DNA of 58,538 nt, taken from assembly GCA_902799715.1 (NCBI GenBank), contig CADCBS010000001.1, positions 1 through 58,538 of the forward strand. Direction: 5' to 3'. Shown here piece after piece: positions 35,534-44,819 of the stretch. The notes beneath the pieces are model-generated. The model saw only the letters and a program-made list of their open reading frames with translations. It ran no database searches and was not told the DNA's origin. The first letter of the stretch is position 1; each line of letters opens with the position of its first letter. A program made the translations under genes and the position numbers. This DNA is from an uncultured bacterium (GTDB lineage Bacteria; Verrucomicrobiota; Kiritimatiellia; RFP12; UBA1067).

Positions 35534-38023
35534 ATGCGAGAAAACCCGATGGACAACAAGAAAACGGCGAAAAACCGCGACCGCCGCGTCGAGATGAATG
35601 TCGAAGGCCTGAAGGCCGACTACGCCTGGCATCTGCGCTACACATGCGCAAAAGGCGACCGCACCGCGACGCCCCGCGACCGCTATTCCGCTTTCGCGTA
35701 CGCGATACGCGACCGCCTGATAGAGCGGTGGATCGAAACGCAGGAGACGTACCACCGGCAGAACACGCGCCGGCTGTACTACCTTTCGCTCGAGTTCCTC
35801 ATGGGCAGGCTGCTGGGGAACAACGTCATAAACCTCAAGATCGAAGACCAGTGCGCCGAGGCCCTGAAGGACTACGGGCTCGACTGGAATTCGCTGCGCG
35901 ACTTCGAAGTCGACGCCGGCCTCGGAAACGGCGGCCTGGGCCGCCTCGCCGCGTGCTTCCTCGATTCTCTCTCCACGCTCGACATGGCCGGCATGGGCTA
36001 CGGCCTGCGCTACGACTACGGCATCTTCCGCCAGCGCATCGTGGGCGGGCAGCAGATCGAGGAGCCCGACCAGTGGCTCAAGGACGGCTATCCGTGGGAG
36101 CTTTCGCGCCCGGAATACACGCAGATCGTCAACTTCGGCGGGCACGTTGAATGCCGCACGGACGACAACGGCAGGCAGAGCTGGCGCTGGATCGCCGACG
36201 AACAGGTGCAGGGCGTGCCGTTCGACCTGCCGGTGATCGGCTGGAACAACGCCGTGAACACGCTGCGCCTGTGGAGCGCCCGCGCCACCGACGAATTCAA
36301 CCTGGGCGACTTCAACGTGGGCTCCTACGTTGCCGCCGTCGAGAAAAAGGTCCTGGCCGAGAACCTCACCAAGGTCCTCTACCCCAACGACAACACCCTG
36401 GCCGGCAAGGAGCTGCGCCTGCGCCAGCAGTATTTCTTCGTCACCTGCTCGCTGCGCGACATCCTGCGCCGCTTCCGCATGTGCAACAGCGACTGGAAGA
36501 CCCTTCCCGACAAGGTGTTCGTGCACCTTAACGAGACGCACCCCGCGCTGGCGATTCCCGAACTCATGCGCATCCTGATCGACCACGAGGGCCTGGACTG
36601 GGACGAGGCCTGGGACATCACGCGCCGCACGATGGGATACACCAACCACACCATCCTGCCGGAGGCCCTCGAAAAATGGCCCGTCCCGCTGATGGAGCGC
36701 CTGCTTCCGCGCCACCTGCAGATAATATACGAAATCAACGGCCGCTTCCTGCGCAACGTCGCTTCGCTGTACCCCTCCGACACGGCGAGGCTGCGCCGCA
36801 TGTCGCTCATCGACGAAGACGGCGAGCGCTACGTGCGCATGGCGCATCTCGCGATCGTCGGCTCGTCATCCGTGAACGGCGTGGCGGAACTCCACAGCGA
36901 AATACTCAAGAAGCAGCTGTTCAAGGATTTCTTCGAAATCATGCCCGAACGCTTCCACAACGTCACGAACGGCATCACGCCGCGGCGCTGGCTCCTGAAG
37001 GCCAACCCCGCGCTGGCGCGCCTCGTGACGCGCGAGCTCGGCGACGGATGGGTCACCGACCTGTCCCGCCTGCGCAGGCTCGAGGACCGCGCCGGCGACC
37101 CCGCGTTCCTGGACGAGCTGGCCGCCATCAAGCTCGAAAACAAGCGCGCCCTGTCCAACTACGTCGGACGCACGCTGGGCGTGCGGCTCGACCCCGAATC
37201 GCTTTTCGACGTCCAGGTGAAGCGCCTGCACGAGTACAAGCGCCAGCTGCTGCTCGCGCTCTACATCATAATCTTCTACAACCGCCTCGTGACCGATCCG
37301 TCCTACGACCCCGTGCCGCGCACTTTCGTGTTCGCCGCCAAGGCCGCGCCCGGATACCACATGGCCAAGCTGATCATCCGCCTGATCCACGGGATAATCG
37401 ACGTCACGTCCTCCAACCCGCGCACGCGCGGGAAGCTGACCGTGGCGTTCCTGCCCGACTACCGCGTTTCGCTTGCCGAGCGCATAATCCCCGCCGCCGA
37501 AGTCAGCGAGCAGATCTCGCTCGCGGGAACCGAGGCGTCCGGCACCGGAAACATGAAGTTCATGATGAACGGCGCCCTCACGCTCGGCACCTACGACGGC
37601 GCGAACGTCGAAATCAACCAGGAAGTCGGCGACGCCAACATGTTCCTGTTCGGAATGCGCGCGGAGGACGTGGCCGCCGCCCGCCCGTCGTACAACTCCC
37701 GCCGCACGTGCGAGCAGGACCCCGAAGCGGCCATCGCGATAGACATGATCCGCCGGAACGTGTTTTCGCTGATGGACCCCGGCGCTTTCGAGCCTATCGT
37801 GCGCAGCCTGATAGACTACAACGACCACTACATGCTGCTGGCGGACCTGCGCTCCTACTGCGAAGCGCAGGACCGCGTGGACCGCACGTACCGCGACAGG
37901 AACCGCTGGAACGCGATGTCGCTCGCGAACATCGCCCGCTCCGGACGCTTCTCGTCCGACCGCGCCATCATGGACTACGCGGAAAACATCTGGCACATAA
38001 AGCCTGTCGACTTCAACGCCTGA
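35534..38023 (+). CDS. glgP: Glycogen/maltodextrin phosphorylase
   Basis: YYLSLEFLMGRLLGNN, GNGGLGRLAACFLDS, and the PLP site EASGTGNMKFMMNGALTLGTYDGANVE. Start ATG 35534; 35549 is an alternative. Confidence 0.95.
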   Translation: MRENPMDNKKTAKNRDRRVEMNVEGLKADYAWHLRYTCAKGDRTATPRDRYSAFAYAIRDRLIERWIETQETYHRQNTRRLYYLSLEFLMGRLLGNNVINLKIEDQCAEALKDYGLDWNSLRDFEVDAGLGNGGLGRLAACFLDSLSTLDMAGMGYGLRYDYGIFRQRIVGGQQIEEPDQWLKDGYPWELSRPEYTQIVNFGGHVECRTDDNGRQSWRWIADEQVQGVPFDLPVIGWNNAVNTLRLWSARATDEFNLGDFNVGSYVAAVEKKVLAENLTKVLYPNDNTLAGKELRLRQQYFFVTCSLRDILRRFRMCNSDWKTLPDKVFVHLNETHPALAIPELMRILIDHEGLDWDEAWDITRRTMGYTNHTILPEALEKWPVPLMERLLPRHLQIIYEINGRFLRNVASLYPSDTARLRRMSLIDEDGERYVRMAHLAIVGSSSVNGVAELHSEILKKQLFKDFFEIMPERFHNVTNGITPRRWLLKANPALARLVTRELGDGWVTDLSRLRRLEDRAGDPAFLDELAAIKLENKRALSNYVGRTLGVRLDPESLFDVQVKRLHEYKRQLLLALYIIIFYNRLVTDPSYDPVPRTFVFAAKAAPGYHMAKLIIRLIHGIIDVTSSNPRTRGKLTVAFLPDYRVSLAERIIPAAEVSEQISLAGTEASGTGNMKFMMNGALTLGTYDGANVEINQEVGDANMFLFGMRAEDVAAARPSYNSRRTCEQDPEAAIAIDMIRRNVFSLMDPGAFEPIVRSLIDYNDHYMLLADLRSYCEAQDRVDRTYRDRNRWNAMSLANIARSGRFSSDRAIMDYAENIWHIKPVDFNA

Positions 38024-38042
38024 CCGCGGCCGCGCGCCGCCT

Positions 38043-38318
38043 ATGCCTGCCATGGCGAATCCCGCAGCCGGCCTGATGATACTCTGCATCCGCGCCTACC
38101 AGGCCACGCTCAGCCATGTCATGGGCGGCGCGTGCAGGTTCGAGCCTTCGTGCTCGAACTACGCCATAGAGGCGATCCGCGTCCACGGAGCGCTGAAGGG
38201 TTTCATCCTGGGGTGTTGGCGGATTCTGCGCTGCAACCCCTGGGGCGCGCACGGGTTCGACCCCGTTCCGCCAAAGGGCAGATGGCGGAATCCGCCGGAT
38301 GTAGACGGGCTGGCGTAG
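38043..38318 (+). CDS. yidD: Membrane protein insertion efficiency factor YidD
   Basis: YQATLSHVMGGACRFEPSCSNYAIEAIRVHGALKGFILGCWRILRCNPWGAHGFDPVP. Confidence 0.9.
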   Translation: MPAMANPAAGLMILCIRAYQATLSHVMGGACRFEPSCSNYAIEAIRVHGALKGFILGCWRILRCNPWGAHGFDPVPPKGRWRNPPDVDGLA

Positions 38319-38324
38319 GCAGGA

Positions 38325-38370
38325 AGAAAAAGAAAAAGCGGAGGCGCGACATGCGTCCCCGCTTTCTTGC
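38325..38370. terminator. Bidirectional intrinsic terminator between convergent genes
   Basis: The A-run GAAAAAGAAAAAGCGG-AGG...CC-CCGCTTT is followed by TCTT. The AAAGCGG/CCGCTTT stem is flanked by an A-run and a T-run. Confidence 0.5.
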
Positions 38371-38388
38371 CAGGCGGCCGCGGCCGCT

Positions 38389-38868
38389 TCAGCGGCGGTG
38401 CCGGCCGCGGAACCCGCCGCGGTAGCCGCCGCGGAACGCGGGCGGAGGCGGGCGGTGATAGTGGCGCGGCCCGTAGTATATCGGACGCGGAGCCACCACC
38501 GTGGTGCCGTAGCCGTAGGGATAATAGCCTGTCGAATACGTTTCGACCACCGGCGCGGTCACGACCGGAGTCGTGACGACCGGCGTCGTGACCACAGGCG
38601 TGGACACGACGGGCGTGGACACCACCGGAGTGGATACCACCGGCGTGGACACGACGGGAGTCGTCACTACGGGCGCGGGATTCACTACCACGGTGTCCGG
38701 GCCGTTCACCGCGCGGTCTATCAGGCCCAGCGTGGCTCCGACGGTGTGCAGTATCCCGCCGGCCAGGAAGAGTCCGTCCCTGTGATGGCCGTGGTGGCGG
38801 TGTCCGGCGAACATTGGCAGAGCCATGGCGGCCGTGCAGAACAGAACGATCACTTTCTTTTTGTTCAT
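38389..38868 (-). CDS. Secreted low-complexity protein: His-rich N-terminus, (T/S)TPVV x9, Tyr/Gly/Arg-rich C-terminus
   Basis: Signal peptide MNKKKVIVLFCTAAMALPMFA, then GHRHHGHHRDG, nine pentapeptide repeats, and YYPYGYG...FRGGYRGGFRGRHRR. SD AAGGAGAAGAA lies upstream. Confidence 0.7.
   Translation of the reverse strand: MNKKKVIVLFCTAAMALPMFAGHRHHGHHRDGLFLAGGILHTVGATLGLIDRAVNGPDTVVVNPAPVVTTPVVSTPVVSTPVVSTPVVSTPVVTTPVVTTPVVTAPVVETYSTGYYPYGYGTTVVAPRPIYYGPRHYHRPPPPAFRGGYRGGFRGRHRR
38545..38676 (-). repeat. 15-bp tandem coding repeat (about 9 units) encoding (T/S)TPVV
   Basis: The plus strand shows acgaccggMgtcgtg / accaccggMgtggaY-type units in series. Confidence 0.8.
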
Positions 38869-38934
38869 GGTTCTTCTCCTTTTTTCCGTGCGGCTTCCTT
38901 GCCGCCATAACGTGTTAGGCGGACGGCGCAGGAT

Positions 38935-38963
38935 ATTCTGACAAAAAATCTGCGCGTTGTCCA
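38935..38963 (-). promoter_or_regulatory. Candidate promoter of the repeat-protein gene
   Basis: Minus strand reads TGGACA-17 nt-CAGAAT (preceded by TGT), about 65 nt upstream of ATG 38868. Confidence 0.4.
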
Positions 38964-39045
38964 GCCGGGCGTTCCTCCCCCGGGGGGGAGGGGGGGGCAG
39001 AATCCCCGCCGAAATGCGTTCATTTTCCCGCCGATAAAATTAGCC

Positions 39046-39074
39046 TTGACTAACGGGGGGGGGCATGGGATAAT
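39046..39074 (+). promoter_or_regulatory. Candidate sigma70 promoter with a G9 homopolymer inside the 17-nt spacer
   Basis: TTGACT - AAC GGGGGGGGG CATGG - GATAAT, about 150 nt upstream of ATG 39225. Confidence 0.5.
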
Positions 39075-39224
39075 ACGTACTGCCTTGGGGTGGTGTTGCG
39101 TTGCATGGGCTGGTGCCGCACCGCCCCTGGGTGGCGGGTCTCGCGGTTCCGCTCCGGCGGGGCGGGAACGCGATCCGGGCCGGCCGTTCGCAAAAAGGGG
39201 ATAGACAGCAAAAAGGGGATAGAC

Positions 39225-42092
39225 ATGAGAAACTCGAAAAAGGCATACATGATCCTGGGACTGGCGGCCGGGTTCTGCGCACATGCGGACTGGACGCTGG
39301 ACGGATCGCTCTCTCTGGACGCCGACACGGACTGGCGCGGGCGTGGCGTCATGACAGTGCCGGCGGGAGCGACGCTGAACCTGAACGGATACGTCCTTTG
39401 GGTGGATGCAATCGCCGGGGGCGGGACGATAGCCGCCTCATCGGAGACGCAGTACCAGCTCGCCGACCTTACGGCGCCGGACGCGAGCCGCGTTTCAAGC
39501 TCTCCGCTCATAAATGCCAATTACAAGGCCATCAGCGCATTCGACAATTCGATCGAACATCCTTCGTTCGTTTTCGCGCAAGGCGATTTCAAGAACGGGA
39601 ATGCGTGGAACATCGATTACGACTTCGGCGCGGCGACACGGGTGAACTGCTACCGCATGATAGGCATGACGAAAAAAGGCTCCGAATACGGCTACCCGCT
39701 CACGCGCTGCCCGCAGGACTGGAAAATACAAGGTTCCGACGACGGCGAAACGTGGACGACGGTGGACGAACGATCCGGGCAGACGTTCGCGGTGGGCGAA
39801 TACAAAAGCTATCTTTTCAGCAAGCCGGCCCCGGCCTACAAACGCTATCGCATGGCGATATCGTCGGTAGGCGACAACAACGACGGGCGGCTGCAGTTCT
39901 ACGAACTGGAATACGGCGCGTTCGAGAACGGCCTGTACATCGACGAAACGAGCCAGGCGCATTCCGATTTTTCGGGGCTCTCGGTATCGTCCGGCGTCAC
40001 CCTGTTCTACGGCGGGAACACATCTCTCGTGCGCGACATGGACTTCACGGCGCTGCCGAACGCCCCGATCCTGCACGGCGCGATAGACCTTTGCGGACAC
40101 GACCTTTCGGTCGCGGACTTCCCGTCGCCCTACTGCTGCCTGGCCGCCGAAGTGAAGAACACGGGCGCGTTCGACCTGACGACGCCGCAAGGTGCGGTTT
40201 CGTCGACGAATACGTTCATAACCGGTCCGGCCGCGGCGTTCGGCGACTACGCCGAATGGTCCTCGGCCCATCGTCTCTGCGCGGATTTTTCGAAAGGCAT
40301 TCCGGTTTCGGTCGTATACGATTTCACGGACGCCACGGTGATAGACGCATACAGGCTGAAGCTCGGAAGCTATGCGGATTCTGCGCCGTCCCGTGCGCCG
40401 AGGGCGTGGCATTTCGAAGGCTCGAACGACAACAGCGTCTGGACGCTGCTCGACAGGAGGCCGGACGAAACAGGCTGGACGACTTCGGAAGAGCGCCAGT
40501 ACGGATTCGTGAACGACGCGGCATACAGATACTACCGCATTACATTCACCGCGACCGCTAGCGCCCCGATTCTGGAATTCTTCCGGCTGGAATACGGGTG
40601 CCTGTCATCCTCGGGCAGCGTCCGCGTCGTCGTTCCGCAGGGCAGGACGGCGAAGAACGGGACCGTAGCGCTCTCGGGGCTTCTGCGCCTGGTGAAGGAC
40701 GGGCCGGGGACGTTCGTTCCGGCGAAGACGGGCCAGTCGAACGAGGGCGGCGTGGAAATCAAGGCCGGCGTCCTGAAGTGCGGGGCGGACTACAGCACGG
40801 CGCTCGCGAAACTCGGGAGCGCCGTGATCGTGCGCGAAAACGGGACCTTCGACTTCGACGGGAGGTACAACTACATCGACCTCGATTTCATCCTCGACGG
40901 CGGAACCATCGCGAACACGGGCGCCGACATGTCCGGCCACGCGCAGCTGGCGCGCCTGAAGTTGACGAAAGATTCCGTCCTGGCCCCGTCATCGAGCCTG
41001 TTCTTCGGGCTGGACGCGGCGAACGCCGCCTACATAGACCTGGGAGGGAACAAGCTGGACGTCAAGATAGCCCCCGGGAAAGCCCTCTACATGAGAAGCA
41101 CGGAAATCACGGACGGAACACTCGAATTCTCGCAGGTCGGGTGGTTCTTCCCGGGCGGCAACAGCGGGGTCGTAGCCACGAACGGCGTGGAGATACTGTT
41201 CAACTCCGCGATCGACTCGCGGTGGACGGCGGGCTTGAAGACGTACGAAGGAAGCTTCGCGGCCGGAAACATAGCGCTCCTGTACGACAACGCAAGCAAG
41301 GTGAACAACTACGGCACGACGCCGATAGCGGTCTACGGGGCGTTCAAGCCCAAGTACGCCACGTTCCGCGGGTGCGAACTGCAGGACGGCGCGACGCTCG
41401 ACCTTTCCGAATACACGGGAACGTTCCCGGCGGAGTCGACATTCCAGAACGGCGCGACAGGAATCGCGTATGCCGCCGGGGCGGCGGTGAAAGTGAAGAC
41501 GGGCGACAAGAACATGTCGGCGCTGGCGAAGAGCTCGGATCCGTATCTTGTCAAATGGGCCGCGGGCGTGGAACCCGACGCGACGTTCGAGTTCGCGGAA
41601 GGCGAGCGCGCCGCCGCGAACGGCTACACGCTCGCGCCCGACGGAGAAGGCCTGCGCGTAGTCCCGAAGCCGGGATTCCTGATCAGGATCTCGGGCGGCA
41701 GGGACGTCAAGGTGTCCGGCGAATGGATGGCGGCGAACTGCGAAGCCTTCGGCACGGTGGCGACGGACGAGCTTGCCGGATGGTTCGGCGCGGCGGGGGC
41801 GAACGGCCTTCCGCGCTGGCAGAGCTGGATACTGGGGCTGGATCCGGCGAAGGCGGATTCGGTGATTCTGTGCACCGCCGGCGAAAGCGCGCCGGAAGAC
41901 GGCGGCGAGTTCACGGTAGGCACGAATCTGGAGATTCCCGAATATGCGGAGACGACAGTCACGGCGAAACTGGTGCGCGACGGCGGTTTCGTATGCCAGA
42001 CGAAAGAGTTTACGTCGGGCAAGGTGTCCCTGACGGGGACGCTGGGCGGGAAGAGCGTCGCGTCGTTCTCCGTATGCGTGACGCTGCCGTAG
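39225..42092 (+). CDS. Large secreted/surface protein: two discoidin (F5/8 type C)-like domains plus autotransporter-associated beta-strand repeats
   Basis: Signal peptide MRNSKKAYMILGLAAGFCAHA. Two ...YRMAISS...LQFYELEYG / ...YYRITFT...LEFFRLEYG modules. LVKDGPGTFVPAKTGQSNEGGVEIKAGVLK repeat type. Start ATG 39225; the track ORF starts upstream. Confidence 0.85.
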   Translation: MRNSKKAYMILGLAAGFCAHADWTLDGSLSLDADTDWRGRGVMTVPAGATLNLNGYVLWVDAIAGGGTIAASSETQYQLADLTAPDASRVSSSPLINANYKAISAFDNSIEHPSFVFAQGDFKNGNAWNIDYDFGAATRVNCYRMIGMTKKGSEYGYPLTRCPQDWKIQGSDDGETWTTVDERSGQTFAVGEYKSYLFSKPAPAYKRYRMAISSVGDNNDGRLQFYELEYGAFENGLYIDETSQAHSDFSGLSVSSGVTLFYGGNTSLVRDMDFTALPNAPILHGAIDLCGHDLSVADFPSPYCCLAAEVKNTGAFDLTTPQGAVSSTNTFITGPAAAFGDYAEWSSAHRLCADFSKGIPVSVVYDFTDATVIDAYRLKLGSYADSAPSRAPRAWHFEGSNDNSVWTLLDRRPDETGWTTSEERQYGFVNDAAYRYYRITFTATASAPILEFFRLEYGCLSSSGSVRVVVPQGRTAKNGTVALSGLLRLVKDGPGTFVPAKTGQSNEGGVEIKAGVLKCGADYSTALAKLGSAVIVRENGTFDFDGRYNYIDLDFILDGGTIANTGADMSGHAQLARLKLTKDSVLAPSSSLFFGLDAANAAYIDLGGNKLDVKIAPGKALYMRSTEITDGTLEFSQVGWFFPGGNSGVVATNGVEILFNSAIDSRWTAGLKTYEGSFAAGNIALLYDNASKVNNYGTTPIAVYGAFKPKYATFRGCELQDGATLDLSEYTGTFPAESTFQNGATGIAYAAGAAVKVKTGDKNMSALAKSSDPYLVKWAAGVEPDATFEFAEGERAAANGYTLAPDGEGLRVVPKPGFLIRISGGRDVKVSGEWMAANCEAFGTVATDELAGWFGAAGANGLPRWQSWILGLDPAKADSVILCTAGESAPEDGGEFTVGTNLEIPEYAETTVTAKLVRDGGFVCQTKEFTSGKVSLTGTLGGKSVASFSVCVTLP

Positions 42093-42110
42093 GGCGGCGG
42101 GGCGGACGCG

Positions 42111-42158
42111 AGGGGTGGGGCGGACGCGACGGGGCGCGTCCCTCCCCAATCTTTGTTT
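42111..42158 (+). terminator. Candidate intrinsic terminator
   Basis: GGACGCG-acgggg-CGCGTCC stem, followed by CTCCCCAATCTTTGTTTGG. Confidence 0.45.
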
Positions 42159-42269
42159 GGCGGATTGATTGCTTGCATTGAAGCGCGTCGTTTGGTAGAA
42201 TCGTCACCGCACGGCGAAGAAAAATCCATGCCGCGCGCGTAAAAAACATAAATCGACGGGAAAAAACAA

Positions 42270-43313
42270 ATGAACAAACTCGCACTGGCACTTGCAGCGG
42301 CTTTCGCCGCCTCCGCCGCCATGGCGGACACCGTGTCGCTGAAGGACGGCGACCGGCTGACCGGAAAAATCAAGACCATCGCCTCGGACGGAACGGTGAC
42401 GTTTGCGTCGAAATACGCGGGCGAAGTCAAGATCAAGCAGGCGGACATTGTCAAGCTCGAGACCGACAGCGACATAGAACTGCAGTTCAAGTCGAACGAG
42501 CGCGACAACGAGAAAGGCCGCGTTTCCGTGTCCAAGCCCGGCGAATACACGTTCATACCCGCAGGCGGCAAGGCCCGCAAGCTCGATCTTTCCGAAGTCA
42601 ACGCCGTGAACCCCGACGCCAGCGAATGGCACGGCAGCCTGAACGTGTCGCTCACGGCCAACCGCGGCAACACGTACGGCAGCTCCGCATCGGTCAACGG
42701 CGACGTGAAGCGCCGCTTCAAATACGACCGCGTGTCCGCCGACGGCACGTACTACACCGCGCGCTCCGGCAAGAGCAAGGAAAGCAGCAAGAAAACCGAC
42801 GACCGCGTGGTCGTAAACGGCCAGCACGACCACTTCTGGCTGACGAAGCTCTATTCCTACGAGAACCTGAAGTTCGAGCACGACCGCATGCAGAACCTGG
42901 AATGGCGCTTCCGCCTCGGCCTCGGCCTCGGCTACCAGTGGCTCGAGAACCGCAAGTTCGAGAACTTCGGCACGGTGTCGTTCAGCCAGGAATTCGGCCT
43001 CGCCCTCACCAAGGAACGCTACCGCCTGACTGCGCACCCGGAGAACACCTACTGCTCCGTGCGCTACGCCCACCACTTGACATGGGCGCCGGTGTGGGTG
43101 TCGAACCTTTCGTTCTTCCACAACATGGAATATCTGGTCGACACCGACAACTTCACCGACTACCAGATCAACACGGACGTCGGCGCGAAACTCGCCCTCT
43201 CCAAGGCGTGGCAGCTGATGGGCAAGATCGAGTGGCTCTACAACTCCAATCCCGCGGATGGCCTCTCAAAGGGCGACACCCGCTACTTCCTGGGCCTGGG
43301 CTACACGTTCTGA
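42270..43313 (+). CDS. DUF481-type outer-membrane beta-barrel protein
   Basis: Signal peptide. N-terminal DTVSLKDGDRLTGKI repeat. Alternating beta-strand pattern ending YFLGLGYTF (C-terminal Phe). Confidence 0.85.
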   Translation: MNKLALALAAAFAASAAMADTVSLKDGDRLTGKIKTIASDGTVTFASKYAGEVKIKQADIVKLETDSDIELQFKSNERDNEKGRVSVSKPGEYTFIPAGGKARKLDLSEVNAVNPDASEWHGSLNVSLTANRGNTYGSSASVNGDVKRRFKYDRVSADGTYYTARSGKSKESSKKTDDRVVVNGQHDHFWLTKLYSYENLKFEHDRMQNLEWRFRLGLGLGYQWLENRKFENFGTVSFSQEFGLALTKERYRLTAHPENTYCSVRYAHHLTWAPVWVSNLSFFHNMEYLVDTDNFTDYQINTDVGAKLALSKAWQLMGKIEWLYNSNPADGLSKGDTRYFLGLGYTF

Positions 43314-43338
43314 GCCCGCACCCGGACAGGGCAAAAAC

Positions 43339-44808
43339 GTGCGCATAGCAATCACGTACCCCCCGCTTCCTTCGGAGAGGGGGGTTCCTTTATTGTCGCA
43401 AAACCGGCAGTTCCAGTGGTTTTCGCGCCCTACGTACATCTTTCCGGTCGTCCCCGCGTACGCGGCCACCATGCTGAAAAACGCCGGCCACGAAGTCTTG
43501 TGGCTGGACGGCATCGCGTCCGAAATGACGCCCGGGGAATTCGACGCGGCGCTCGACGCCTTCAAGCCCGACGTCGTGGCGCTTGAAACGAAGACGCCGG
43601 TGGTAAAGCGCCACTGGGCCTGGATTTCCGCGTTCAAGAAGCGTTCGCCGGACGTGCGCACCGTCCTTGTAGGCGACCATGCCACAGCGCTGCCGGCGGA
43701 ATCCATGCAGGCGTGCCCCGTGGATTTCATCCTGACGGGGGGAGACTGGGACTTTCTGCTCGCAAGCTCCGTGGAGACGGGATTCGACCCCGCCCGCATG
43801 GAGCGCGGCGTGTGGTACCGCCGCCCAGACGGCACGGTGGCGGATACCGGGCGGTTCGCCCTGGACCACGACCTGCGCACGCTGCCGCGCATCGACCGCG
43901 AACTCTGCAACTGGCGGCTCTATTCCGTGAAGAACGGAAACTTCCGCAGGACGCCCGGCGCGTACGTGATGTCCGGGCGCGACTGCTGGCACGGCAAATG
44001 CACTTTCTGCAGCTGGACCACGCTCTACCCGCAGTACCGCACGCGGGATCCGGTGGACGTGGTGGACGAAATCGAGGAACTGGCCGACCGCTACGGCGTG
44101 CGCGAAGTGATGGACGACACCGGCTCGTTCCCGGTCGGCGGGTGGCTGGAGACGTTCTGCGGCGAAATGATCCGGCGCGGATTGGACAAGCGCGTGCGCA
44201 TAGACTGCAACATGCGTTTCGGGCGGCTTGGCGAACGCGAATACAGGCTGATGCGCAAGGCCGGGTTCCGGCTCGTGCTGTTCGGCGTGGAATCCGCGAA
44301 CCAGGAGACGCTCGACCGGCTGGCGAAGGCCCTGAAGGTGGAAGACGTGTACGCAGGCGCGCGCGCGGCGTCCGCGGCGGGGCTTGACGTGCATGTGACG
44401 ATAATGTTCGGCTATCCGTGGGAAGGCGAGCGCGAAATCGAAAACACCGTGGCGCTGGCGCGCAAGCTGCTCGCGAAGGGATGGGCCTCGACGCTGCAGT
44501 GCACGATGACGATTCCGTATCCGGGCACGCCGCTGTTCCGCGAACTCGAAGCGTCAGGCGGGCTGACGACGCTCGACTGGGACGAATACGACATGCGCAG
44601 GCAGATAATGAAGACGCCGTTCGCGGACGAAGCGCGCATCAAGCGCGCCGTGCGGGACGTCTACAAGGGCTTTCTGCAGCCGGCCGCGCTGTTCCGCCGC
44701 CTTTTCTCCACGCGCACGCTGTTCGACTTCGGATTCTACTGGCGCGGCATACGCTCGCTTGCGGGCCATCTGGCCGATTTCGGCTCCGGCCGGCGCAACA
44801 GGTCCTGA
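43339..44808 (+). CDS. B12-binding-domain radical SAM protein
   Basis: N-terminal Rossmann-like B12 domain (DVVALETKTP...VLVGDHATALP), then the SGRDCWHGKCTFCSW cluster motif. GTG start at 43339, after the DUF481 stop. Confidence 0.85.
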   Translation: MRIAITYPPLPSERGVPLLSQNRQFQWFSRPTYIFPVVPAYAATMLKNAGHEVLWLDGIASEMTPGEFDAALDAFKPDVVALETKTPVVKRHWAWISAFKKRSPDVRTVLVGDHATALPAESMQACPVDFILTGGDWDFLLASSVETGFDPARMERGVWYRRPDGTVADTGRFALDHDLRTLPRIDRELCNWRLYSVKNGNFRRTPGAYVMSGRDCWHGKCTFCSWTTLYPQYRTRDPVDVVDEIEELADRYGVREVMDDTGSFPVGGWLETFCGEMIRRGLDKRVRIDCNMRFGRLGEREYRLMRKAGFRLVLFGVESANQETLDRLAKALKVEDVYAGARAASAAGLDVHVTIMFGYPWEGEREIENTVALARKLLAKGWASTLQCTMTIPYPGTPLFRELEASGGLTTLDWDEYDMRRQIMKTPFADEARIKRAVRDVYKGFLQPAALFRRLFSTRTLFDFGFYWRGIRSLAGHLADFGSGRRNRS

Positions 44809-44819
44809 CAGGCTCTGGC

